Below the pieces are notes generated by a model. That model did not search any database. It had not been told where the DNA came from and saw nothing but the letters and a program-made list of their open reading frames with translations. A program made the position numbers and the translations under genes. A stretch of 64,000 nt of DNA, taken from contig JAHLLQ010000008.1 of NCBI GenBank assembly GCA_020444065.1, positions 78,138 to 142,137 of the forward strand, given 5' to 3'. Below, in pieces: positions 34,480-43,276 of the stretch (position 1 is the first letter of the stretch; each line of letters starts with the position of its first letter). The stretch comes from a bacterium. GTDB lineage: Bacteria; Sumerlaeota; Sumerlaeia; SLMS01; JAHLLQ01.

Positions 34480-35766
34480 TTATGCGCTCGCGCCGGGCGA
34501 CGAGTGCGGCTCGAAGGCCTGGTGGATTACGCGCACCGCGTGCTCCATGTCCTTCTCGTCAATCAGGACAGAAATCTTGATCTCCGACGTAGCGATCATC
34601 TCGATATTGATGCCCGCATCGGACAGGGCCTTGAACATCTTCGAGGCCACACCGCTGTGGCTGCGCATTCCGACGCCGACGGCGCTGACTTTTGCGATCG
34701 ACTCATCCGTCTGGTATCCGAGCGCGCCAACTTCCTTCACAAGGAGCTCGCACAGCTTCTTCGTGCGCCCGAAATCCTTCTTGCCGACCGTGAATGAAAT
34801 GTCGTTCCGGCCTTCCTTGGATTCGTTCTGGATGATCATGTCGACCACGATATCGTCCTGGCCCAGGCGAGAGAACACTTCCGCCGCAACGCCCGGCTTA
34901 TCCGGCAGGCCCTGCAACGTCACTCGTGCTTCGTCGCGATTGAAGGCGACTCCACTGACAACGACTTCTTCCATTTCTTTCTCCTCGGCAATCACGAAGG
35001 TTCCCGGCTTGTCGTGCAGGAAGCTGCGAACATGCAGCGGCACGCGATAGTTCTTGGCGAATTCCACGGAACGCGAATGCAGCACTCCGGCTCCGAGGCT
35101 CGCAAGCTCGAGCATTTCATCGTAGCTGATGCGATCGATCTTGCGCGCCGTCGGACAGACCCGGGGATCTGTCGTCATGATGCCGTCCACGTCCTTGTAG
35201 AACTCGCAGCAGTCCGCATTCAGGACCGCCGCCAGCGCCACGGCCGTGATGTCGCTGCCGCCGCGTCCCAACGTTGTGATCTCGTCATGTTCCGATGCGC
35301 CTTGGAAACCGGCCACGATCGGAATCTTGCCTTCATCGATCGCTTTCTTCAGTCGTTCGCAATGAATCTCCTTGATTCGAGATCGCCCGAACAACTCGTC
35401 CGTACGTATACCGACCTGCGGACCTGTGAAGCTCACGCCCTGGCCGCCGGCAGCACTGATCGCAATTGCAAGAAGGGCGATCGACTGCTGCTCGCCTGTC
35501 GCCATCAGCATGTCCAACTCGCGCAGTTCCGGCTCAGGCATCAGCGCATTCGCCATCCGCAGCAGCCGGTTTGTTGTGTCGCCCATTGCCGACACCACCA
35601 CCACGACCTGGTTGCCTGCCTTCTGCGACTCTACCGCCAGCCGAGCGACGTGCTGGAACTTCTCGACAAGGAACTCCGCACCACGCAGTTCATTCAGGTG
35701 GTCGGTCTTTCCCTTGCCCTTATCGCCCAGGGCGTCGCCTCCGTATTTTTGAACGATCAATGCCAT
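34480..35766 (-). CDS. lysC: Aspartate kinase (monofunctional, two ACT domains) with atypical N-terminal motif
   Basis: 428 aa. Motifs: MALIVQKYGG..., VVVVVSAMGDTT, TTLGRGGSDITAVALAA, C-terminal ACT pair (VTLQGLPDKPGVAAEVF; VSAVGVGMRSHSGVASKMF). GAGGAG SD upstream. Confidence 0.9.
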   Translation of the reverse strand: MALIVQKYGGDALGDKGKGKTDHLNELRGAEFLVEKFQHVARLAVESQKAGNQVVVVVSAMGDTTNRLLRMANALMPEPELRELDMLMATGEQQSIALLAIAISAAGGQGVSFTGPQVGIRTDELFGRSRIKEIHCERLKKAIDEGKIPIVAGFQGASEHDEITTLGRGGSDITAVALAAVLNADCCEFYKDVDGIMTTDPRVCPTARKIDRISYDEMLELASLGAGVLHSRSVEFAKNYRVPLHVRSFLHDKPGTFVIAEEKEMEEVVVSGVAFNRDEARVTLQGLPDKPGVAAEVFSRLGQDDIVVDMIIQNESKEGRNDISFTVGKKDFGRTKKLCELLVKEVGALGYQTDESIAKVSAVGVGMRSHSGVASKMFKALSDAGINIEMIATSEIKISVLIDEKDMEHAVRVIHQAFEPHSSPGASA

Positions 35767-35907
35767 AGATGTTTATCACTCCTCGTCTTGCGAAGAGGGC
35801 TATCCCGTGCATAGAGCCGCCGAATGTCAAGGTCAGAGCCTCGACTGTGCCCGACCTATGGCACAAATCCGTCATAGTGAACGGGCATCCGGCGGCGTTA
35901 TCTGATT

Positions 35908-37299
35908 TCAGTCCTTGTCCAGCCCGAACCGCTTGATCATCCGGTAGAGCGTCGCCCGGTCGATCCCGAGAGCCTCCGCCGCCTCCTGCTTGCGCCACTG
36001 GCGTTCATCCAGCATCCGCAGCACGTAGCGCTTGGTCATCTCGTCGATGAAGTCGCTCAGCTTCAGGTGAGACAACTCCGACGGGATATTCGTTGCCCCG
36101 CTCTTGGGCGACGCCAGCGGCGAATCAGACGGTGTCAGCCACAGATCGTCCGCCTCGATTCGCTCTCCCCGGGAAAGGATCACGGCGCGCTCGATCGTGT
36201 TCTCCAGTTCGCGGACATTCCCTCGCCAGTCCTCGTTCTCCAGCAGCTTGATGGCCTCGTCGGCCAACTCGCGCTTCGGCAGGCCGTTCTCCTGGCAAGC
36301 CTTGACCACGAAGTGCTGTGCCAGCGGCGCGATGTCGCTCCGGCGCTGGCGCAGCGGCGGGATCTCCAGCGGAACCACCTGGAGGCGGTAGAACAGATCC
36401 TCGCGGAACTCGCCCCGGTCGACCATTCCCTTCAGGTCCTTGTTCGTCGCCGCGATCACGCGGGCATCGACCTTGATGGGATCGTTTCCGCCGACCCGGA
36501 CCAGGACGCCTTCCTGCAGCACGCGCAGCAGCTTCGTCTGGAAATTGTTCGACGTTTCACCGATTTCATCCAGGAAGATCGTGCCGCCGTCCGCCTCCTC
36601 GAACTTGCCCCGATGCGATCGGCTGGCGCCCGTGAATGCGCCCTTTTCGTGGCCGAACAGTTCGCTTTCCAGCAGCGTCTCCGTCAGGGCGGCGCAGTTC
36701 AGCGCCACGAACGGCTCGCCTGCCCGCGAGCTGCGCTGGTGGATTGCCCGGGCCACTACCTCCTTGCCGACGCCGCTTTCGCCAGTGATTAGAACGGTCG
36801 CCTTCGTCGGCGCCACGCGCTCCACCATGTTGAAAACCGCCTGCATCTCGCGGCTTTCGCCAATCAGGTTATCGGGCTTGTAGCGGCGTCCAAGTTCCGC
36901 GCGCAGTTCCTTGTTCTCCGTGCGCAGATCCCGATGTTCGGTCGCTCGATCGATCGTCAGGCGAAGCTCATCGTTGTCGAACGGCTTCATGATATAGTCG
37001 AAGGCGCCCGCTTTCATCGCCTCAACCGCGCTCTTCACGGTCGCGTGCGCGGTCATCATGATGACCATCGCGTCCGGATAGCGCGCTCGGACCTCGCGCA
37101 GCAACTCATCGCCGCCCATTCCCGGCATCTTCAGATCGCTGACCACCACCTCGGCGGGGAAATCGTTCAGGACCTCCAACGCATCGCGGCCGCTCTGGGC
37201 CGTGCGCACTTCGTACCCCCAGCGTGTCGCCAGCAGGTTCAAAACCTGGCACATCCGAGGCTCATCATCTACGATCAGCAGTCTGTATTTCGGCTTCAT
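35908..37299 (-). CDS. Sigma-54-dependent response regulator (NtrC/AtoC family)
   Basis: 463 aa. REC domain (LLIVDDEP...VVVSDLKMPGMGG), AAA+ domain (GESGVGKEVVARAIH, GAFTGA, FLDEIGE), C-terminal Fis-type HTH (AAEALGIDRATLYRMIKRFG). Confidence 0.9.
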   Translation of the reverse strand: MKPKYRLLIVDDEPRMCQVLNLLATRWGYEVRTAQSGRDALEVLNDFPAEVVVSDLKMPGMGGDELLREVRARYPDAMVIMMTAHATVKSAVEAMKAGAFDYIMKPFDNDELRLTIDRATEHRDLRTENKELRAELGRRYKPDNLIGESREMQAVFNMVERVAPTKATVLITGESGVGKEVVARAIHQRSSRAGEPFVALNCAALTETLLESELFGHEKGAFTGASRSHRGKFEEADGGTIFLDEIGETSNNFQTKLLRVLQEGVLVRVGGNDPIKVDARVIAATNKDLKGMVDRGEFREDLFYRLQVVPLEIPPLRQRRSDIAPLAQHFVVKACQENGLPKRELADEAIKLLENEDWRGNVRELENTIERAVILSRGERIEADDLWLTPSDSPLASPKSGATNIPSELSHLKLSDFIDEMTKRYVLRMLDERQWRKQEAAEALGIDRATLYRMIKRFGLDKD

Positions 37300-37304
37300 T
37301 CACT

Positions 37305-38699
37305 TCACCCTGTTGGATTTTCAGCCACCTGCGCCGACTTCTGGTACTCGCCGCTCTCAATCTGTTCTCGAACGTGCTCCTGCGGCGTCCGGAGAAGCAA
37401 GTGGACTGTCGTTCCTTTCCCCTTCTCGCTATCCACGTAAGCCGAACCGCTCATGCCTTCCATCAACTGCTGCACCACCGGCAGCCCAAGGCCGGAGCCG
37501 TGCGTCTTCGTCGTGTAGAATGGCTCGTAGACCTGATTCAGCGTCTCCTCGTCCATCCCTGGGCCATCGTCTCGGATTGTCAGGAACACGCCGTGGCGCC
37601 CGGCTTCCTCGGTTTGGATCTGGATCCGGCCGCCTTCGCCGCGATCGTTGATCGCATCGCGCGCGTTCCAGATTACGTTCAGGAAGACCTGGTAGAGCTG
37701 GTCCGAATCGACGATCACTTCCGAGATCGCCGGATCGATCTCCACATCCAGATCGATCCCGTACTTGTCCATCTCCTCCTGGATACGCGGCATCCAGGCA
37801 TTCACGAGTTGATTCAGCCGATGCATCTCAAGGCGCGGCGGTTTTGGCCGCGCGAAGTTCAGCAACTCGTTGATGATGTTGTTCAGGCGGCTGACTTCCT
37901 CGCGGATCAGATCGATAGCCTGCAACTGGGGGCTGCCCGGATCCAGGTCTTCCGCCACCATCCCGGCCGACGACATGATGATCGTCATCGGGTTGCGGAT
38001 TTCATGCGCCAGCGTCGCCGACATGCGTCCGATCGAGGCCAGCTTCTCCGCCGCCAGCAGCTTGGACTGGGCCTGCTGCAGCTCATCCAGGTAGTTCTGC
38101 GCCTCGTTGACCTTGCGCTCCAGTTCCTCGTTCAGATCGCGGAGACGACGGTTTTGCTCGTCGATCACCCCCGATGCCGCTCGATCTCGGGCACGCAGAT
38201 ACAGCGCCAACGCAATGATGCAAGAGATCGCCATGTTCAGGAAAATCCGATAACTGAACACAATCGTGTAGTCGCCAATGTTCAGCCGAACCGCCCAGTC
38301 GAGCGGGCCCAGGTTCTCGTCCTCCAGCTTGCGCTGGAATCGATCAATCACCTTCTCCGCCGTATAATAATCCTCGAGAGAAATCCCCAGTTCGCGGGCC
38401 AGTTCCCGTTCGTTGACCGATACCGGAGCGCGCGTCGCGAACGGACGCTGGCGCTGGTACATGCGCTGAAGCCGTAGGAACCCGGATTCCTCCTGGTGAA
38501 AGACCTGCACGGATCCGATCGAGAACAGCAGCGTGAACAGGAAGAAGTACAACACATAGCGCCGCTTGTGAACTCGGCTGCGGCGTTCGGGATCGGTGAT
38601 CTGATCCACGTGCTCCAGCAACTTCTCCGGGTTTCTTGCCCATTCGTCGACCTGGTCGCGACTGGGTGTCGTCGGCTTGGGTGTGGGCTCTTCGGTCAT
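37305..38699 (-). CDS. Sensor histidine kinase (two TM segments, HisKA + HATPase_c)
   Basis: ORF trimmed to the ATG at 38699 (MTEEPTP, GAGGTG SD). H-box SIGRMSATLAHEIRNPMT, N-box VFLNVIWNARDA, G-boxes DDGPGM and GSGLGL. Five-nt gap to the response regulator gene. Confidence 0.85.
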   Translation of the reverse strand: MTEEPTPKPTTPSRDQVDEWARNPEKLLEHVDQITDPERRSRVHKRRYVLYFFLFTLLFSIGSVQVFHQEESGFLRLQRMYQRQRPFATRAPVSVNERELARELGISLEDYYTAEKVIDRFQRKLEDENLGPLDWAVRLNIGDYTIVFSYRIFLNMAISCIIALALYLRARDRAASGVIDEQNRRLRDLNEELERKVNEAQNYLDELQQAQSKLLAAEKLASIGRMSATLAHEIRNPMTIIMSSAGMVAEDLDPGSPQLQAIDLIREEVSRLNNIINELLNFARPKPPRLEMHRLNQLVNAWMPRIQEEMDKYGIDLDVEIDPAISEVIVDSDQLYQVFLNVIWNARDAINDRGEGGRIQIQTEEAGRHGVFLTIRDDGPGMDEETLNQVYEPFYTTKTHGSGLGLPVVQQLMEGMSGSAYVDSEKGKGTTVHLLLRTPQEHVREQIESGEYQKSAQVAENPTG

Positions 38700-38829
38700 G
38701 CCAATCCACCTCGCCACCAGCAAACAGCGACGTGGCAGGCGAAGGCGAGGAGAAAGTCATTCAGTGGGGCCTGCCAGGCAGAGAGCCCATGCCTGCCCGT
38801 CCCGGCTCTGGACTCCCCGAAATGCGAAA

Positions 38830-38854
38830 GGGGCGACACTTTGCGTGCCGCCCC
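38830..38854 (-). terminator. Possible intrinsic terminator downstream of the flavoprotein gene
   Basis: On the minus strand: GGGGCG-(13 nt)-CGCCCC followed by TTTCGCATTTC. Short stem with a long loop. Confidence 0.35.
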
Positions 38855-38883
38855 GAGAAATCGGAAGGGAGGAAACTCGCCTC

Positions 38884-40533
38884 CTACTTCTGTCGCATGT
38901 ATTCGTTCATGCCGCCGCTGAGGTTGCGGGCATCGATGCCATTCTGGCGCAGGACACGGACAGCGTAATACGACCGCTGCCCGACGCCGCAGTGGCACCA
39001 GACTTCCCGGTCCTTCGGCAGCTCATCCAGGCGATCGCGCATCTGGCTGAGCGGGACATTAATGGCTCCTTCGACGTGCCCGGCTTCGAATTCCTCGGGC
39101 TCGCGCACGTCGACGATCAGGGGATCGCCTTCCGCCTCTGCCACGTCATCCCAATGCGTCAGTGGCGAATCGCCCCTCAGGTGATTGGCCGCAATGAAGC
39201 CGGCCATGTTCACCGGGTCTTTTGCGGCGCCGAATTGCGGCGCGTAGCACAACTCGACCTCTTCCATGTCGAACACCGTTCCGCCCATCTGGATCAGCGT
39301 CGCAATCACGTCGATGCGCTTCTCGACACCCGCGCGTCCCACGGCCTGGGCGCTGAGCAATTGCCCGTCTTTGGGCCGGAACAGGACCTTCAAGTGAATC
39401 GGCTGGGCGCCAGGGTAGTACCCGACGTGATTCCCTGGGAAGAGATAGACCTTCTGGAACGGCACGCCGGCGCGGCGCAGTTGTTTCTCGCTGCTGCCCG
39501 TCGTAGCCACCGTTAAATCGAACACGCCAACGACCGCCGTGCTCTGAGCGCCGCGGAACTTCGCTTCGCGGCCCGCGATCACATCCGCCGCAACGCGGCC
39601 CTGGCGATTGGCCGGACCCGCCAGTGGGACCAGGGCCTTCCGGCCAGTGATCGAATCCTTTATTTCCGCCACGTCGCCGACCGCAAAGACGTTCGGATCG
39701 GAGGTCCGCATCTGGTCGTCCGTGGCGACGCCGCCGGTGGTGCCGATTTCCAGCCCGGCCGCCTTCGCCAGGTCCGTGTTCGGGCGACCGCCGACCGCCA
39801 TGATGGCCAGATCTGCTTCGAGCTCCTCGCCGGTGCCCAGGCGAACGGTCAGCGGACCGCCCTCGGGGCCGTCGATTTCCTGAACCTGCGCGCCCAGGCG
39901 GAGGTGAATCCCCTTCTCCTGCAGATGCGCGTGGACCTCGGTCATCATCTCCGGATCGAGCAGCGGCATCACCTGCGGCTGCATTTCCACGAGCATCACT
40001 TCCAGCCCGCGGTGACGCAGGTTCTCGGCCATTTCCAGCCCGATATACCCGCCGCCAATCACGACGGCGCTGCGGGCCTGGCGCGAAACGATCCACTCGC
40101 GAATCGCCTTCGTGTCCGGAATCGTGAGGCAACGGAACACGCCTTCTCGATCCACGCCCTTGATTGGCGGGATGATCGGCTTGCTGCCCGGAGAAAGCAC
40201 GAGCGTATCGTAGCTCTCCGTCGTCACTTCGCCGGAGTGCGTGTCGCACACCTCGACCGTCTTGGCCTCGCGATCGATCGCAGTGACCTCGTGATTGACC
40301 CGAACGTCGATGTTGAATCGGTTGCGGAACAGCGTCGGATTGGCCACCTGGAGGCTGCCTTCCTCCTTGATCACATCACCCACGTGATAGGGCAAACCGC
40401 AGTTCGCAAAGGACACGTAGGGGCCCTTCTCGAACATCACGATTTCCGCTTCTTCGTCCATCCGGCGCAGCCGCGCCGCACAGGACGCTCCTCCGGCCAC
40501 ACCTCCGACGATCAGTACGCGCTTTGATGCCAT
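38884..40533 (-). CDS. Pyridine nucleotide-disulfide oxidoreductase of the CoA-disulfide reductase/NADH oxidase type with C-terminal rhodanese domain
   Basis: ORF trimmed to the ATG at 40533 (MASKRVLIVGGVAGGASCAARL, AGGGAGA SD). Redox Cys context SFANCGLPY, second Rossmann fold AVVIGGGYIGLE, rhodanese active-site loop CHCGVGQRS. Confidence 0.8.
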   Translation of the reverse strand: MASKRVLIVGGVAGGASCAARLRRMDEEAEIVMFEKGPYVSFANCGLPYHVGDVIKEEGSLQVANPTLFRNRFNIDVRVNHEVTAIDREAKTVEVCDTHSGEVTTESYDTLVLSPGSKPIIPPIKGVDREGVFRCLTIPDTKAIREWIVSRQARSAVVIGGGYIGLEMAENLRHRGLEVMLVEMQPQVMPLLDPEMMTEVHAHLQEKGIHLRLGAQVQEIDGPEGGPLTVRLGTGEELEADLAIMAVGGRPNTDLAKAAGLEIGTTGGVATDDQMRTSDPNVFAVGDVAEIKDSITGRKALVPLAGPANRQGRVAADVIAGREAKFRGAQSTAVVGVFDLTVATTGSSEKQLRRAGVPFQKVYLFPGNHVGYYPGAQPIHLKVLFRPKDGQLLSAQAVGRAGVEKRIDVIATLIQMGGTVFDMEEVELCYAPQFGAAKDPVNMAGFIAANHLRGDSPLTHWDDVAEAEGDPLIVDVREPEEFEAGHVEGAINVPLSQMRDRLDELPKDREVWCHCGVGQRSYYAVRVLRQNGIDARNLSGGMNEYMRQK

Positions 40534-40621
40534 ATCTTGAATCTCCCTCTTGGATTGCAAAACTCGAAGGGACCGGCTTGCGAAATCTGGTCCATAAGCA
40601 TATTCCGATACTGCAAAACCG

Positions 40622-40906
40622 CTACCGAATTCGGCGGCTCTTCTTCGTGAAGACCCGCGACCGCGGCTTCCGTTGTGTCACCCACTCCACCCATCGTCGC
40701 ATCGCCTCGGTTTCAAGCAATGCCTCGATGGTGTTGTAGTGCCGCTCGAGTTCCTTCTCGGCAAAAAGTGCATGAATCTGCTTGTGGCAATGCACGCAGA
40801 TGTCGACGACCTCGCGCCCCTTCCGGCTCTTCGGCACCAAGTGGTGCCGAGTGATTTCTTCATCCGGATACGAGTGCCGGCAAATGGGACAACGTTGGGG
40901 CGACAT
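40622..40906 (-). CDS. Small HNH-family nuclease-like protein
   Basis: 94 aa. Pattern CPICRH...RHHLVPKSRKG...CVHCHKQIH (CxxC...HH...CxxCH..IH zinc-HNH), then a basic C-terminal tail. Nine-nt gap to the upstream pgpH-like gene. Confidence 0.7.
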   Translation of the reverse strand: MSPQRCPICRHSYPDEEITRHHLVPKSRKGREVVDICVHCHKQIHALFAEKELERHYNTIEALLETEAMRRWVEWVTQRKPRSRVFTKKSRRIR

Positions 40907-40915
40907 GGGATTGCA

Positions 40916-43255
40916 TCAGGCGGCGCCGTCGGCTTCGCGAGCCTCCTTGCGCGGCGCGGGTTTTTCCTCGCGCGCTTTTTCTTTCTTAGCCGATGCATCC
41001 TTCTTCGATGGGTAGTCGATGCGCGAATGGAAGCGACTGCGCAGCACCTTCACGAAGCACTCGCGGATCGTATTCAAGTCGCGCAGCGTCATGTTACAGT
41101 GATCGAACTGGCCGTCGTTGAACTTGTCGAAGATCGCATTCCGGACGAGCATCCGGATGTCGTCCTCGCGCACGGTCCGTCCGCTCAGCTTCGCGGTCGC
41201 GGTCGCTTCCACCGTATCGGCCAGCATCACGATCGCGGCCTCAATGGACTGTGGCTTCGGCCCGGGATAGCGATAGTCGTCTTCGCGCACCGGTTCCTTG
41301 CTGTCTCCCGACTCGGCCGCCGTCAGCGCCTTGTGATAGAAGTACTGGATCAGGCTCGTGCCGTGGTGCTGCGGAATGAACTCGATGATCTGGCGCGGCA
41401 GTTTGTACTGCTTGGCCAGCTCGATGCCTTCCTTCACGTGATTGCGAATGATCAGCGTCGACATCTGCGGCTTCAGTTCCGCATGGCGGCGCTTGTCCTC
41501 CGGCGTCAGTTGATTCTCTGTGAAGTACTCCGCGCGCCCCATCTTGCCAACGTCGTGGAAGTAACAACCCGTACGCACCAGCAGGTAGTTGACGCCGATC
41601 TCGCTGGCGGCGGATTCGGCCAGCTTCGTCACGTTCAGCGTGTGCTGCCACGTGCCTGGGGCCGTTTCCTCCAACTTGCGCAACAGCGGGTGCTGCAGGC
41701 CACTGAGCTCCAGCAGGCGCATGTCCGTGGTGATATGGAAGAGCACCTCGAACACGGGCAGGATAGCGAACGAGATCAGGGGGCACATCACGCCGGAGAG
41801 TGCGCCGACCAGGGCTGCTGCCGCTGCGTTCGCCGTCGGATCGTGAATGTACGTGATGATCAGGATGATCGATGCGTTCACCAGGCCGATGAACAAACCT
41901 GCGTAGAGAACCTCGCGTCGCTCGCGGAACGTGTACAACGCCGCAACCGCCGTATAGCCGCCGAACAGGCCAACGATGACGTACTGGTAGTCCAGATTCA
42001 CTTCGAGCCCGAACAGCAGACATCCCCACGTCACCGTCAGAAGCGCCATGCGCACATCGAGCAGCAGCACACCCAGAATGCCGATGACGCCGGCCGGGAA
42101 TGCAAAGCCCATGTACGAGATGTCTTCGCCCATCAGGAACAGCAGCATGCGTCCGATCGCCAGTGCGAGAAGCACCGGCAATCCGATCAGCAGAACGGTC
42201 TGGCTTGTAAACTCATGCTCGCGGCTGAACTTCATGACGAAGAACGCCACGATCAGGAACGCGATCAGGATGAAGAGCAACTGCGCCATGAACTTCATCA
42301 GGTTACGTTGCAGCAGCTTGTTCCAGTACACCGCGAGCAGATCCGCCTCATCGTCGGAGAGAATCGTGACCTCGCCTTCCTTTCCGACAAGAACCGTTCC
42401 CTGTTCAATCACACGCTGTGTGCCTTGCGAAGGCTGATAGCTGTCGTACGACTCCTGAGAGGCCTTCTCATCCTTGTAGAAGTTCGGTTCCAGCACCATC
42501 ATGACAAGCCGCAATCCGGCCTGCGCGCGCGCGGCTTGTTCCTGCGAGAACTCCTGCAACTTCTGGCGCAGGCGCTCTCGCACAATACCATCGATCTCAT
42601 CCGGATACTTGACGATCCGATCCAGATCGAAAGCCTGCGTCCCCAGGTCCGGTGGCTGATTCAGGATCAGCTCACGCGCGACCTCATTCTTGCGATCGCC
42701 AAGGTACTCGGCCTTGTCGCGCGTCAGCAGATAGTCGCGGTAGACGTTGTCAACGAGTTGAACGATGAAGCGGCGGAATCGCTGGTCCTTTGCTAGCATC
42801 ACCAGATCGCGCACTTCACTCGCGGACCAGTGCTCGAGTTGCGGATCGACCTTCGTCAGTTCCTTCTTCCAACTCTCCGGGTCGTCCTGACCCGTCGTCT
42901 GGATTCCGCGCGCCGCATCGATAACGTCTTCCAGGCGATCCTTCGCCTCCATCTGCCGCCCATAATCGTAGGCATAGATGCGCGGGTAATTCGCCTGGCG
43001 TTCTTCCTCGAGCAACTGCTCCGCCCGGGGACTCGTGTATTCGAATGTCAGTTCGGAGACGACTTGGCCGTCGAGACGTTTCCCCGGCTCGTGGGGGATG
43101 GTATCGCGCCAGAACATCGGCGCTGTGACCAGAACGATCAGGATGAAGATCGACCCGAGCGCAACCCAGCGCGCACTGCGCCGCGGGCGGGTCTGGAGGA
43201 CCTCGCGTCCGCGCGACAACTCACGCGCTCGCCTTGCCAGCGGAACAACCTTCAC
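40916..43255 (-). CDS. pgpH: 7TM-receptor HD-domain phosphohydrolase (PgpH/YqfF family)
   Basis: 779 aa. N-terminal TM plus extracytoplasmic domain, seven-TM block, HD domain (WQHTLNVTKLAE...CYFHDVGK...IPQHHGTSLIQYFY). Confidence 0.8.
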   Translation of the reverse strand: MKVVPLARRARELSRGREVLQTRPRRSARWVALGSIFILIVLVTAPMFWRDTIPHEPGKRLDGQVVSELTFEYTSPRAEQLLEEERQANYPRIYAYDYGRQMEAKDRLEDVIDAARGIQTTGQDDPESWKKELTKVDPQLEHWSASEVRDLVMLAKDQRFRRFIVQLVDNVYRDYLLTRDKAEYLGDRKNEVARELILNQPPDLGTQAFDLDRIVKYPDEIDGIVRERLRQKLQEFSQEQAARAQAGLRLVMMVLEPNFYKDEKASQESYDSYQPSQGTQRVIEQGTVLVGKEGEVTILSDDEADLLAVYWNKLLQRNLMKFMAQLLFILIAFLIVAFFVMKFSREHEFTSQTVLLIGLPVLLALAIGRMLLFLMGEDISYMGFAFPAGVIGILGVLLLDVRMALLTVTWGCLLFGLEVNLDYQYVIVGLFGGYTAVAALYTFRERREVLYAGLFIGLVNASIILIITYIHDPTANAAAAALVGALSGVMCPLISFAILPVFEVLFHITTDMRLLELSGLQHPLLRKLEETAPGTWQHTLNVTKLAESAASEIGVNYLLVRTGCYFHDVGKMGRAEYFTENQLTPEDKRRHAELKPQMSTLIIRNHVKEGIELAKQYKLPRQIIEFIPQHHGTSLIQYFYHKALTAAESGDSKEPVREDDYRYPGPKPQSIEAAIVMLADTVEATATAKLSGRTVREDDIRMLVRNAIFDKFNDGQFDHCNMTLRDLNTIRECFVKVLRSRFHSRIDYPSKKDASAKKEKAREEKPAPRKEAREADGAA

Positions 43256-43276
43256 GCCATCGTCATCCTTTTGGAT

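Noticed and set aside
35767-35907. A possible lysine riboswitch or leader upstream of lysC.
   Set aside because: The gap is only ~140 nt and also has to hold the end of the upstream response-regulator transcript. I could not trace the conserved L-box helices. A covariance-model search (Rfam lysine) would be decisive.
40622-40906. The HNH protein as a homing endonuclease, mobile element or defence nuclease.
   Set aside because: No intron or intein context, no methylase or other defence partner, and no repeats or target-site duplications flank it. It appears to be co-transcribed with housekeeping genes.
40673-42796. A 707-aa plus-strand ORF, the longest unassigned ORF in the track.
   Set aside because: It lies entirely antisense to the pgpH-like gene, whose translation carries clear 7TM and HD motifs. 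The antisense product is Arg/His/Gln/Leu-rich and low in complexity, with no motifs. This is typical of shadow ORFs in GC-rich DNA.
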